Positions 1-17,629 of a stretch of DNA of 64,000 bases are shown in pieces. The position numbers and the translations under genes are program-made. Position 1 is the first letter of the stretch. Each line of letters begins with the position of its first letter. This DNA comes from Trichoplax adhaerens. Its lineage: Eukaryota > Animalia > Placozoa. The stretch covers positions 1,023,746 through 1,087,745 of the forward strand of contig NW_002060959.1 in NCBI RefSeq assembly GCF_000150275.1. The letters run 5' to 3'. The notes under the pieces are model-generated. The model did no database searches. It worked only from the letters and a program-made list of their open reading frames with translations, and was not told the origin of the DNA.

Positions 1-19
1 CCACCAGCGTTTTTATCAA

Positions 20-600
20 TTGGACGCTACAGTACTATACTGTACTATGGTACTGTCACCCTGGGTTACCCATACTGTAGGTTGACCAGACCGGGCCAGC
101 ATACAATGCCATGCGACTGGGGGATCCACAGGGGATAATCACCGGGTACCGGACTGCCGCCAACCCAATCTGTTCTGGTCCGTACCGTACTGTACTAGCA
201 CCATGTGTACAGTATATAGTGTACTGTACACTGTACTGTACAGTACTGTACTGTATACTGTAAGGAGCGACTGTCTACTGTACTGTACTGTACTGTACGA
301 GTGTACGTGCCTTTGCCACAACCAACCTGTGCGCAGTGGGCACGTGCTAGAGTAAGAGCAACCGGTACTGGAAAGGGTACCGGTACTGGACCTCGAGTGC
401 ACACTGTGGATGGAGAACATGCGCTTGCGCAGTGCAGTGCTGTACCTCCGGCCCACTGGGTGATCCTTTGCCTGAGTCCAAGGTAGACTTTAGACAGCCA
501 GCAGGTCCAGAGTACAGACGCAACTGTACAGCGCAGCACAGATTCAAGGTCCGCCAAGACTAGAAACGTTGCACCCAAAATAGGATGACAATTTGCACGT
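20..600. promoter_or_regulatory. GC/CpG-enriched island with TACTG/CAGTA low-complexity arrays; probable promoter or 5' region upstream of FRA10AC1
   Basis: GC content is visibly higher than the rest of the window. NRF1-like TGCGCTTGCGCA at 420-431, dense GTAC palindromes, and composition matching the island at 35.4-35.7 kb. Confidence 0.45.
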
Positions 601-683
601 GATTGATATTACAAACAGTCAGCGACTAGCCTGGAAGTGGATTTGACAGCCTACTGTGCCAAAAATGAGTCCGCGATCATTGT

Positions 684-1495
684 CCAATGTCTACTCACCC
701 ATTAAAATAATAACGCCATACTGTACAGTGAACAGTAGTACAGTAGAAGAAAAAAAAAGTCATACAGTACGCTGTGCAGTACAATAACTCGAGGTCTAGC
801 TCACTCTACTGTAGGGGTACCCGGGACAGTACACTGAGTAGAGTACAGTACCGTACTACAGTATACAGTACTATATACTGTAGCCCAATGTCTACTCGCC
901 CATTAAAATAACGCCATACAGTACAGTACGTACAGTAGAAGAAAAAAAGTCATACAGTACACTGTGCAGTACAGTACAGTAACTCGAGGTCTAGCCCACT
1001 CTACTGTAGGGGTACCCGGGACAGTACACTGAGTAGAGTACAGTACCGTACTACAGTATACAGTACTATATACTGTAGCCCAATGTCTACTCGCCCATTA
1101 AAATAACGCCATACTGTAGAAGAAAAAAAGGTCATACAGAACTGTACAGCAACTCGAGGTCTAGCCCACTCTATGTACTGTAGGGGTGCCCGGGACAGTA
1201 CACTGAGTACAGTACTGTACAGTATCGTGTCCACAGTGGATAGTACTACAGTATACAGTACTATATACTGTAGCCCAATGTCTACTCGCCCATTATTATT
1301 ATTAAAATAAATAATAACGCCATACAGTACTGTACTGTACAGTAGAAGAAAAAAAAGTCATACAGTACACTGTGCAGTACAGTAACTCGAGGTCTAGCCC
1401 ACTCTACTGTAGGGGTGCCCGGGACAGTACACTGAGTACAGTACAGTACCGTGTCCACAGTGGATAGTACTACAGTACAGTATACAGTACTGTAA
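684..1495. repeat. Tandem array of 4 units of ~195-200 bp
   Basis: CCAATGTCTACTC(A/G)CCCATTA recurs at 684, 885, 1080 and 1275. Each unit has an AGAAGAAAAAAA tract, AACTCGAGGTCTAGC and GGGGT(A/G)CCCGGGACAGTACACTGAGTA. Confidence 0.95.
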
Positions 1496-1825
1496 CTAGC
1501 TAGACCTGATGGCCTTGTTGCTTGCGATTGCACATGCTCTGACCAACTTGAAAGTCGACAACAACTCTTCCAGCTTGAGCAATGATCGATGCATCAAAAT
1601 GAATTCAACTTCTGGCCAATCCTCCAATTTCTTACAGGTCCTACTAACTAATGCTAAAGTACTGTACAGTAAACTTTGCATCATTGTCATCAACGTACAG
1701 CCCTATTTTGCCTACAATCTCTGCTATTCATCTTGTACTGTATGAGAAGAGTGATTTACTGCAGTTTTCCTTGTACTCGACATGTAAACCTGGTACCATG
1801 GCCACTTTGTTGATTAAAAGATATC

Positions 1826-1851
1826 AATAATAATAATAATAATAATAATAA
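1826..1851. repeat. (AAT)8 microsatellite
   Basis: Read directly from the sequence. Confidence 0.95.
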
Positions 1852-2014
1852 GGACATCCATCGATAGTCATCCATGCAACACTCTACATGTCCATATTTC
1901 ATAATTGACGTTCATGTGGAGTCCAATGCTGTATCTTTACTAAAATAGCCAAATAAGAAAAATTCTTCTTTTTCAAATAATAAAATAAACAATCATACCA
2001 TTTCTATTCAATAC

Positions 2015-5000
2015 ATGCAGTTCCATGCAAGTGGTGGCATTGATTCGGATTTCGAAGATGAACCGACTGAACAATCTGTTAGCACAGGAGAATCTAGGTA
2101 CGATCAAGTCATTAGCGTACTACTTACTCAACCGGATATACCGACTAGCATGTCATTTTGTTAAAGGAAAAACTGCCTGAATTTCAACAGTTGCAGCCAA
2201 GTACAAGTACAAGATGCATTTCTCCTACGAAGCCAGTGGATGATAATATTCAATCAACTGGCTTCGACGTAATGGCGAGCTGCAGTAGGCAAGACTACTT
2301 TACTGTACTGTATTGTACAGTACAAGGCAGCCTTTTACGCATAGTACACCAATTACTAGTAGTAACCATGCATTGGCGATAGGCTGCAATATTGCACATG
2401 GCTTCAATACTTGCAAATAGCGCTCTACATCAAAAGAGTAGTCGATCTCCATAAAAATATTCATCAGCCCAAAATAAGATTATCGTCAAGACCAGTATTA
2501 AGCAAACAATGTACGGTATCATGGCAACTGTTTTATTTTTGCAAAGATTCAAAAATTTGTAAACAATCTTGCTAACAAATATTTCCAGTATACAGTACAT
2601 CTATAGCTGAGCACATGATGCATGATAGAGTTGTCGAGAAATTGTGTATTGAGAGGATCAATTCCACAAATGACGATGTTGAAGCCAAAGCTTACAAACT
2701 ATCTAAACGTTTTATTTCAGTCAACCAGATAATATTAACACAGGGTCGAAAAGAAAACATTCAACAACAAAGCATGGTCAAGTCATACCCTCCAAAAGAC
2801 TTGCTGAAGATATCTATGAGGCGTCAGTAATAGGCAAAATACTATTAATCAACTATAATCCTTTATGCTGATTGACACTTTTCTATTTATCATAGGGAAG
2901 CTGCGAAGATTGATCGTGTACACTTCTTGGCTCTAGATGCTGTAACTGTCTAACAACTTGATAATACACATATATTAAAATACAGTACTATTTATTTGGC
3001 TTTTATACGATTACGACAATACTATCTAGTTGATATAGTAAATACCAAGTAAATGAAATCGGCCAGTGCAAGATAATATCAAACAATATTTTTATACTAA
3101 TACAGTATGCGCGTCATAAAATAATGGTCAACAACTATATAAAGTACTACGGTGGGTCGATAAAGGATTTTCAACGATCCAGGTAAGCGATGTTGCCAAT
3201 AGTAGCATTATTTTATTACAAGTGATACTAATTGAAGGTATTAATGTATATTCAACGACGATGATCAAAGGTCATTAAGGGTAGATAGTACAATCAAAGT
3301 ATTAAATTGTACCCCTTATTATGACCTTATAGCAGTTATGCTATACAAAAATTTGAACGATAGCACTGATAGTACTGTAGCATGATGCGACTTTTCATTA
3401 TTACTTGCAATTCTACCATTCATTAACTGAGTTGGAGTAATTGCTGATAAAAACTTTCCTGTTTAAATAGGGCAAATGATAAAAACGATTATGACATTCT
3501 ACGAGAACAGCATCGGTAAGTAATGAAAAATAAAAGCAAACGTGTCCTGTAAAACTAACCTTAAATGCAATTCATTTACCCCTATGCTAATGCTTAGATT
3601 TGTTTGGGAAGATGATGATGATAATGATAATAACTGGTAATTTACAATGTATTTTATTTTTTAAAAAGTTCACTTATTATAACTATGACATTCAAGATTG
3701 CTAGCATGAACACTTCTATCGATATCTGAGCAATGCATTCTTTAATAAATGTCTATCTAAGGGATAAGAGACTGGCAAAGAAATATTATGACCGTTTATA
3801 CAAAGAATACTGTGTTGCTGACTTGTCCAAATATAAAGAAAATAAAGTAACGTATATTGATACTGTACGGTAAACTTAATGTGATGATAACGTTCAAAAG
3901 TTAATGCTGTCATTCGACGAATTTAGATTGCTCTTCGTTGGCGAATAGAAAGAGAGGTTATAGGCGGCAAAGGTTAGCTTAACACTGACTTGGACATTAT
4001 AATTGTTGCATTATTGTAAAAGATCTATTCAATTTTTTCCTGCAGGTCAGTTCTTGTGTGGTAACTTGAAGTGTGGAGCAAGTGATAATCTGCGTAGCTG
4101 GGAGGTATGCTTTTCAATCATATAAAAATAACAGATATACACGTACTAGTGAGAATTTAAATACTGCAGATAAAACTACAGTATACGTATATCCTAGTCA
4201 CCGAAATACTCTAACGAAGAATTTTACCAACTCGACTACATCTTTTTTCAGGTAAATTTTGGATATGTCGAGCGTGGAGAAAAAAAGAATGCCTTGGTGA
4301 AGCTAAGTAAGCAAATAATCAATTTGGCTTGATTCATATCATCTTTCTACATGTACTTGACACCAATTTGTATTGTTTGGTAAAATGTAGGACTTTGCCC
4401 TAAATGCTCAGATAAGCTAAATTATCATCACAGGTAGGAACTGGCTACTAATATTTTTACTATCAGTATGAGCTGGAAACAAAAAATTGATCTCATGTTG
4501 TTGCTACTTTGCAAGTGATTTTAAAGCATACTGTATATAAAATCAAAGTTTGATTGTTTTATAGTTGTCAATATCTAGAGTGAGGTTTATACTTGCCTTT
4601 GCTACAAGTAGAATGTCTGGACGTGACAATGCATTAAAATATATCTGAATGTATTCATAACAAATTATAGACAACGTTTGGCCAAATCGAAAGTAAAGGC
4701 GGATAATTCACGTACAATGAAAAAAGATTCAAACGTGCCAAGCAGAGCAACACCAGAGAAAGGTAATTGCTATCTGTACTTTACATTATATTTTGTATTT
4801 GCTATATCATACTGACATTGGCATTAAAATTAATACGCTTATACCCACATAGAGCTTGATGTCGCACCGAAAGAAACCGGGCCAGGTAACTGCTGAGATA
4901 TCATTTCGAATTTATTGACCGCAATTCGATAATGGTAGAAAGATTGACTAACAATCCTTTACACCTCGTACTCTAGTTAGCAGCTTACGAGAGCGACTTA

Positions 5001-5350
5001 TACAATATTTTATCATATGATATTGAATTGCAACTTCTCTAATGTTTAAAATCTACAGAATCATCTAGTAAACCTGATAACGTATGGAGTCGACCTGTAA
5101 ATGTGGATTCTAAAACGCGGTAAGATTTAATTAATTCCGGATAACTTTTTGATGTGCATTGTATGCAAATGCTTTTATTTCTTAACTTAAAAATAAATAG
5201 TACTAATTTACAGTATACGCGTATAGTTAAATACGGTTACTAGTCGCTACGAGATGCAGGCGAGATAACAAATTTTGCTAATTTTTTATTTATTTATCTC
5301 ACAACAGAGAGGATGAAATTGAGGACTACTTTGAAGATATGTTATTGTAA
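2015..5350 (+). CDS. FRA10AC1: FRA10AC1 protein (spliceosome C-complex associated), ~15 exons
   Basis: Spliced translation MQFHASGGIDSDFEDE...KHGQV...ALDAYARHK...YYGG...DILREQHRFVWEDDD...WDKRLAKKYYDRLYKEYCVADLSKYKENKIALRWRIEREVIGGKGQFLCGN...LRSWEVNFGYVERGEKKNALVKLRLCPKCSDKLNYHH...EDEIEDYFEDMLL* matches recalled FRA10AC1 motifs. Introns are GT-AG with consistent phases. The start could lie in an upstream exon. Confidence 0.93.
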
Positions 5351-6319
5351 AATTTTACTAGTTACGTAGTATAGTACCTTTAATGTACAGTATGATACTA
5401 TCATCGATGGACAATTTAAATTTTTCGGAACAATCTAGCTGGATAGTCACTGCAACGATTTGTAATTAGAAATTGAAATAGCGAGTTGACGTTATTGCTT
5501 TAATCTTGTATAGCAGCTGAATGTATTTCATTTCAGTCATAATATATTACACAGAGATATAGCATGAGCAAAACATTATTGTCTGTATTGTTTTAAGAAT
5601 TTTAATTTCTATACTGTATCGTTGTTAATGTATCTGCTAATCGCTGGCCTGAACAATAAATTATTATTTGAAAAATGCTAGCAGCAAAGGAAACTTCTTC
5701 CACTACAACGAACTACTAGACTAATTAATGAGTAATATTGACAAGTATTTCTGTCGAATTTATGCAAGCTACCAATCATGTAAGAAGGCTAAATCATGGA
5801 TATATCATTTGTAAGTGAGATTTTACAGAAATAAATGGATGAGATAGTTAATCCATCTGCTTTTCCTTTGACAGTACAGTAGTATCTGCATATTCTCCGC
5901 ATAAGTTGCCTGGATGAAATGCTCGCGTTAGAGCTATGAATAAATGACAGCCAGATATAGCAACAGCTCCGAACTCATCACATATATATTTTGTTGAAAT
6001 TTTAATAAATAATAGATTAGTCGCTAGCCGATGGATAAGAACTGTTATTATCAATATTATAGTGCTATAGCTAGCTGTCATTTTATTAAAACATTCAAGG
6101 CGGCTGAGCCAGTAGTAGAATAAATCATAGCTAGGAATAGCTGACGGAATATAATTTTGACATGGCCATGCAACATGGCATGCATTACATCAGAAGAGTG
6201 TAGCAAGTTAAAGAAATAGTACGTCACTTTAGTACTGTAAATCAAAGCATCAGTCACTAATTCATCAATATAGTACTGCTGCTAATAATTAGCACTTTCG
6301 TAGAATTTTCAACCCGATT
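4476..6319. repeat. Left copy of a diverged ~1.85-kb tandem duplication
   Basis: Colinear with 6656-8512, from TTGATCTCAT(G/A)TTG..GCTACTTT through GAATTT(T)CAACCC. Confidence 0.93.
5848..5998 (-). pseudogene. Decayed duplicate of SMIM8 last exon
   Basis: Similar to 8031-8171 (FGAVAISGCHLFIALTRA..GEYADTT), but the acceptor CAG has become CAA and indels destroy both NKYVM and the terminal KRKSRWD. Confidence 0.8.
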
Positions 6320-6655
6320 CATTCAGTTGTAGATTGTAATCAACGAAGTCATATTGACACAATTTCAGTTGGATATTATAGTGATTCGTTGCGCGATGAA
6401 CATGAGGTAACAAAAATTGTTAATAATTTTAATATTTTCTGATGGTCTAGTGATCACGGTAAATCGAGCCAACCATAATTTAACTTGTGCTCAATATTAT
6501 TTTAATCATAGACTGATTAAACCATGCATATCTTTTAGCATACTCGTATGTATGTGCATTTGCTCAAGATCAACAATGGGTAATCAAAAATGAATGATTG
6601 TAGCAACGCTCTTTTCGTTGATCTCTTATTTCGGGACCAAGCATGAAACTTATTT

Positions 6656-8512
6656 GAAATCAAAAGTTGATCTCATATTGCTGCTACTTTTGCAAGTGAT
6701 TTTAAAAGCATACTGTATACAAAATCAAAGTTTTCTGTTTTACACTTGCCAATAGCTAGGGCGAGGTTTACTGCATACTGGCCTTGCTAGAAATAGCACA
6801 TCTTGATGTAAAAATGTATTAAATATGTCTATATACGAATTCACGAGGAATTACAGATGCCGCTTTAGCAAAATAGAAAGTAAAGACGGATGACTCACGT
6901 ATAGTAAAAAAGATTCAAACTTGCCAAGCAGAGCAATGCCAGTGAAAGGTAATTGCTGTCTGTACTCCGCATTCTACTGTATTTTATAGTTGTGTAATTA
7001 TACCCACTTAGATTCTGTTGCGAAACCGGAAGAAATAGGGCCAGGTAACTGTTGAAACATCATTTTCAGTTCAATGACTACAACACGATGACATTTTAAA
7101 GATTTACTAATTAATTCTATATATTGCCTAATTATTCACACGTCGTTACTCTAGTAAGCAGCTTGTGAGAGTGATTTAGGCAATATTTAGCATAGGATAC
7201 TGAACTTGAACTTCTCTCATGTTTATCATCGACGGAATCATCTTGTAAACTTGACAACGTATGGATGGAATCGACCTATAAACAGGGATTCTTAGGTAAA
7301 ACGCAGTAAGGCTAAAATTAGTTGTGATGACTTTTTGATATTTAACGTTCGCAGATGCTTATATTTCTCAAAGATAAACAACACAATTGTACACTATATA
7401 CCGGTGATTAAATACAGTTACTAGACACTACAAGATGAGAGCAAGATAAAACAATTTTTGTTCATTTTTATTCATTTATCTTACGCTATCTACAGAGGGA
7501 TGAAATGAGGACTACATACTTTAAAGATATGTTGTTAATTTTACGAGTTATGTACTACGTTTACATTACAGCGTAATGCTTTCATCTGTAGACGATGAAG
7601 TTTTTCGGAGCAATGTAGCTGGATAGCTACGGCAACACTTGACAATTAGGAATTGAAACAGGAAGTTGACATTATTGCTTGAAACTTGGATACCAACTGA
7701 ATGTATTTCATTTCAGCCATAATATTGTATAGAGATATAGCATCAGCAAAACTTTATTGCCTGCATTGCTTTAAAAATTTCAATTTCTATCCTGTACTGT
7801 TATTCATAATGTATCTGTCAATCGATGGCCTGAATAATGAATTGTTATTTAAAGAAACGTAACATCATAGGAAACTTCTTCCAATGCAACGGGCTAGCAG
7901 TTTCAATAAATAGGTACCGCAATATTTACAAGTGTTTCATTCAAATTGATACACGTTGCCAATCATGTAAGTAGGCTAAATCATGAATATATCATTTATA
8001 AATAAGATTTCGTAGAAGTGGATCAGGCAGTTAATCCCATCTACTTTTTCTTTTGATAGTAGTATCTGCATATTCTCCACGTGCGTTACCTTGATGAGAT
8101 GCTCGCATTAAAGCAAGGAATAAAATGCAGCCAGTGATAGCAATAGCTCCAAAAGTCATCACATATTTATTCTGTAGAAATTATAATAATGGATTAGTCA
8201 TTAAACGACGGATAAGAACTGTTACAAACAATATTATTATAGCGCTGTTGCTAACTGGCACAGTTATTAGACTATCCAACACGACAGAGTCAATGGTAGA
8301 CCAAATCACAACTAGGAAAAGTCGACGAAATACAATTTTTGATCTAACCATATAACGACATCTATTCCATCATTAAAGTGTATCAAATTGAAAGAAGAGT
8401 ATATCACTGTTTTAGACTTTTAGTGGGGCAAATCAAAGCATCAGTTGCTAATGCATCGATCGTATAGTACTACTACTATTAACTCGCATTTTAGTAGAAT
8501 TTCAACCCAATT
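6656..8512. repeat. Right copy of the ~1.85-kb tandem duplication
   Basis: Colinear with 4476-6319 at an offset of ~2.18 kb. Confidence 0.93.
6858..7540 (+). pseudogene. Decayed duplicates of the last four FRA10AC1 exons
   Basis: Homologous to exons at 4671, 4853, 5059 and 5308. The first copy frameshifts into TGA, one acceptor reads CGG instead of CAG, and the last exon has indels (GAAATGAGGACTACATAC). Confidence 0.85.
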
Positions 8513-9222
8513 TACGTAGGCAGATGTAGACTAAACTACTTCAACAGCATGAAATGGAACAAAGTGCAACTTCGATCTACGCGTACATCATTTTGCAGCG
8601 ATTATCACCTCCATCATAAGAGTGTAGACATTTGAAATAGATGATATGACTGTATCTCTAATTTGACTGTTTCAGCTCTAGACAAATCATCCCTACAGCT
8701 ATGAAAGGTACGAAAGTACAATTTTCCAAACTCATCAATATGCTGCGGCGGCAGCCACTGCGTCCAGTTCGTACATGAAGTTTTTATAAATGATGCAAGA
8801 ATATATTGGCATAGAATCATGCCTACTGTAACACTTCTATTATTAAAAGTGCGTTCATTTGGCTAATGCTATACAAGAATTTTGTGCAATGAGAAATAGT
8901 GTGCTCAAGTTTAGCGTAGTGGATATGATCTCTATGTCATCTTAACCATGCCTATTTTATGCATCAAGTAAAGATCTGATCCTACTTGATGCAAGTAATG
9001 TAACATCATATTTAGCATAACATGGCCATCAAGTCATTCCTCTATCCGTGTAGACGAGTAAAAGTTTCAATGGCCTCCTTATTTACTCATACTGCTGCAA
9101 TCGACAACACATACCGGGCGTATGAACAATTCTGGATTAACAATTCGGAAAGCAGTAGTGGTTCGAATTTTTCGCAATCCATCATTGGGTTTAGGAGTTT
9201 TTCCTTCAGGATTGGCCATCAT
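8031..9222 (-). CDS. SMIM8: Small integral membrane protein 8 (82 aa; exons 9222-9115 and 8171-8031)
   Basis: MMANPEGKTPKPNDGLRKIRTTTAFRIVNPELFIRP|NKYVMTFGAIAITGCILFLALMRASHQGNARGEYADTTIKRKSRWD* matches recalled SMIM8 motifs [25 protein letters not shown]...SKWD. Phase-0 GT-AG intron. Absent from the ORF track. Confidence 0.93.
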
Positions 9223-10002
9223 ATTACATCAACTCTTATTCTTTTACAGCCAATGAATGAATTAATATCGGTCGGTTTGCTTTCTCCTTTTACTCAGCTT
9301 GTGCTTGCCTAGATGCCAGGTGTCTCTAACTCCAGTATAGTGCAGGCTTTCACTAGTCGATGATGGAAGGATAACCAGCAAAAATGATCAGCTTCGCCAT
9401 CTTCGCCTTTCTTGCTCACGGATTGGCATTGCCTTTTGAGCAAGCGCATCACAACCGTAAACATTGCAACCTTGTCGAACTTGTTTTCATCAGCTGCAAG
9501 GGGCCTAAAACGCTAGCCGATCCTGGCAGCTCTTTTTTAGCTTGACATTTTGTCGAGGTAATGCAGACAATTTTCACTTTCTATTGCCACCAGACTGCTG
9601 ATTGCAATATAATCGATTGATACTGGCTTGGCCATTTGCAGACCTTTGAGCAAGGAAGTGGTTGCCGAGAGATTATTGCTGGATACATCTTATCCATTGG
9701 CCTATCTTGGCTAGAAGGAAAACTTGACTCTTGTGCAGCGCCATTTAAAGAAGGAAAGAGTAATTCTAATTCATCATTAAGAAAACACAAACTCGTAACG
9801 TAAGAGTGATCGTAATCTATGACAACGAGCTGATGAGTTAGTGCTAAACGACAATCTTGAGCTGCTTGCAATTTTACCTTGGAATGATCAAGTCGATGAT
9901 GCTATTGGTCAATATCGACAAGATCTAAACATCCATACGCATAACTCACAATTTGATCCGGTTTGCCATCGGCTTATTTATTGTAGACATACCTCAGTCA
10001 GG

Positions 10003-10232
10003 TTATTCAAGGATCATTCCTGCAAGTATTGAAAGAGTGCTGCAGCAAATTATCGGTAACATTGGGCTGCGATCGCGTATGTTTGTGGACACCTAGGTAG
10101 CTGCGATACATTCAATCTAAAGTACTGCAATCTTAATCATACGGGCTGCAACGAAGCAAATTATTCACGGATCTTTCCTCCAAGAACGGAAAGAGTGCTG
10201 TAGCAGAGATTGGGAACATTTGGCTGTCATAG
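10003..10232. repeat. Imperfect ~70-bp direct repeat (10003-10075 and 10161-10232) in the SMIM8/polymerase divergent intergenic region
   Basis: TTATTCA(A/C)GGATC(A/T)TTCCT(G/C)CAAG..GAAAGAGTGCTG(C/T)AGCA..GG(T/G)AACATT(G/T)GGCTG occurs twice. Confidence 0.8.
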
Positions 10233-10272
10233 TGTCATCTTAATATTACGCTGAAAGCATTTGAACGTCAAC

Positions 10273-15039
<4,767 letters not shown>

Positions 15040-17629
15040 CCATTAGTAAATAAGGGCAGACTCATCTTAATATCGAAATACCTATTTTTTTATGTCCCAT
15101 CATCTCGGCAGGATGGTCACTTTACTTATTATGATTGCATTGCACACTGTATATTAAATATTGTGAAAAAATTAAAATGTTCTACACATAGCAAGCCTAC
15201 TACAAACTAATATTGATAGAGTAATGATTGCTACCTAGTTATTGCCTTTTTTAGCAAATACGCATATACAAGTAAGTAAAAAAACAATAAGAACAACTGT
15301 CTCAGCAATGTAACTTACTCTTAACCGCATCTATCGAAATTTGTAATATCCATAGATAAAACTTAGCTTGCGAATAAGATTTAAGTGATTAATATTCTTT
15401 TGCAATGATAGCTGATACTCCATTGCACCAATTTTTAACTCAAGTATTGCGAATATGTAGGTTTTACATCATATAAAATATAACTAGCACGGAAAAGTCA
15501 ATTCAGTTATTATAAGCATTTGTACTCGTACCATGATAGCGATAATCATTAGTGTTTTTGAGAATTAGAATCATCGCGCCCATCTATACTGTACTCACAT
15601 ATACAAGCAAATTTAAGTTACCTTTCGATGTTGATTGGAGTACAAGAATTTGTAAATATTATTTTTTAAATCGCAATAAAGTTATTGAAGATATGTTATT
15701 GACCACCATCATTACAAAACGCTTTACCGACTATCGATTTAGCTTAACGCCGGAAAGGAATATCTGGATTAGCCAATAATATGAAATAATTAAAAGTAGC
15801 AACCGTGTAGTTCTAACGGAATGTGATACCGTTACTCCGCTGAAACTAATCAATCCCCTGTTATCTAACGGCAGGTAGTGAGCCACTTTCTTTCATGATA
15901 CGGAAAAATAGTATCCATTGAATACTTAATGCAGAAAAACTATATAAGAGTATGCATAAGTTACGGCCCAAATAGTAAACAGGATAATCTATATCAGTCC
16001 AAAGCTAAAGGTTTATCAATGCATTGTCATTTTGATTTTATACAATATATGAATCGCGATTCCGCATCATGGCACAATCTACTTCCGAAGTCTATATCAT
16101 CCCATTACTATTTTATTTTCTGTTAACGCAATGGCGACGATAAGTGCGAAGTTATTCTAATAAATATGAGAGTAGACTGGATTTTTAATTACTATAAAGC
16201 TATACTGTAGACGCTAGTTACAAACTATAGCTTTCACTCAAAATGGAATCACATTGATGCTAGGGTTACTTCCTATATCATGCGAAAGCCGCATTCTTTC
16301 GCGAATACAAATAACAGATCCCGGAAATTATTATTGTTATTCCTTAGAGAAAAACCTCAAACTAAACAAAAGTCTTACGAACATTGAATCAATATTATCA
16401 AGACACTCTGAGCATAAACTCAATAGTATCCAGTTTCCGATGCTGATTTCGTTTACAAGAATATCAGCAGTTCCAAAGGCTATCAGGTCGATATTTAGGA
16501 AATTTTAGAATAGCTATTACTATATTAGAAAATCTTTTAAGCAGACTTTAGATACACAAACTATTTACCCTAGATTCAATACATTAATTTTGTGATGTAT
16601 CGCAAAGATCCTTAAGCAATTTGTATTGGTTATTTCGGAAAATCTTGCTGCAGATCGGTCCTGGTAAACTTATTAAAATTATAGTAAGTAAAGATATTTA
16701 CAACTGTTGCTGCAAGAGTTTGTAGCATTACAAAATTATCTCCTACGATAACTTATATTAGATGTAGAAAATTGCATACGATTTCGTTGAATAGGCACTT
16801 TTACAGAACTTTTTATGATAGCTCATTAAAAGTGATTCAGTATACAGTAGCAGTAGTAACCATCAAAAATTCACTTATACTGTATTTAGAATAGGAAAAC
16901 CATATTTCAATTTGAATTTATTTCTATTTACAGTATATTGCTGCTAGTATTAATATAATTACTGCCAATTGCTATAGATAGGATACGTGTATTGCATATC
17001 AATAGTAGTAGTATATTTAGCCTTATTAGTAGGATTGTTAAAGTCAACTTTGAGCATGGACGAACAGAAAATATCCTAGCTATAATTAGCTGCTCTAACA
17101 GTCTGTTGCTGAATTATACTGTATGATCATGACGTCGATAGAACATATGGCCATGAACTTGACATTGTAGGTAAGAAATAGAGAAAATAGTATCCAATAT
17201 TACCAATGACGACATCGTTGCAAGGTCGACTATTCATGTAATAGTACTAAATTGATATTCACCTTTTCCATTGGCGCATCATGTAGCATATTGACTTTAG
17301 AATAACATTTACCACCACTAATTATACTGCATTAATGCTCGAGAAAATTCAATCTTGTCAAACTGTCATTTATACCTGGGTCTGTAGTAAAGGAAAAGCT
17401 AGTTGTAAGCCAAGATATCAACAGAGACCTGTATTGCAACTGAATAGAAATCTCCATCGGATCTTAACTACGTACCTGTTTAGGTAAAAGATGAAAAGCA
17501 ATTTAGGACTAATCTACTTAAATTCAAATTAAATTGATTAAAAGTATGAATATGAAAGATTATATAGAACTAATCATATATTTCTTGGCCTTAATAAGCT
17601 GATAGGACGCGCAAAGCCACTCTAAGATC

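Noticed and set aside
684-1495. Possible CRISPR-like array
   Set aside because: Whole units are repeated with no unique spacers, the context is eukaryotic, and there are no cas genes.
139-1533. Short ORFs rich in Y/S/T/V/C
   Set aside because: These are translations of TACTG/CAGTA low-complexity and tandem repeats, with no protein motifs.
1496-1745. Overlapping 65- and 78-aa ORFs, one with exon-like borders
   Set aside because: No recognisable homology and no partner exons could be linked.
9310-9870. GC-richer stretch faintly resembling a pogo/Tigger transposase or polymerase fragment
   Set aside because: Only a few residues match, there are several stops, and no terminal repeats; not supportable by eye.
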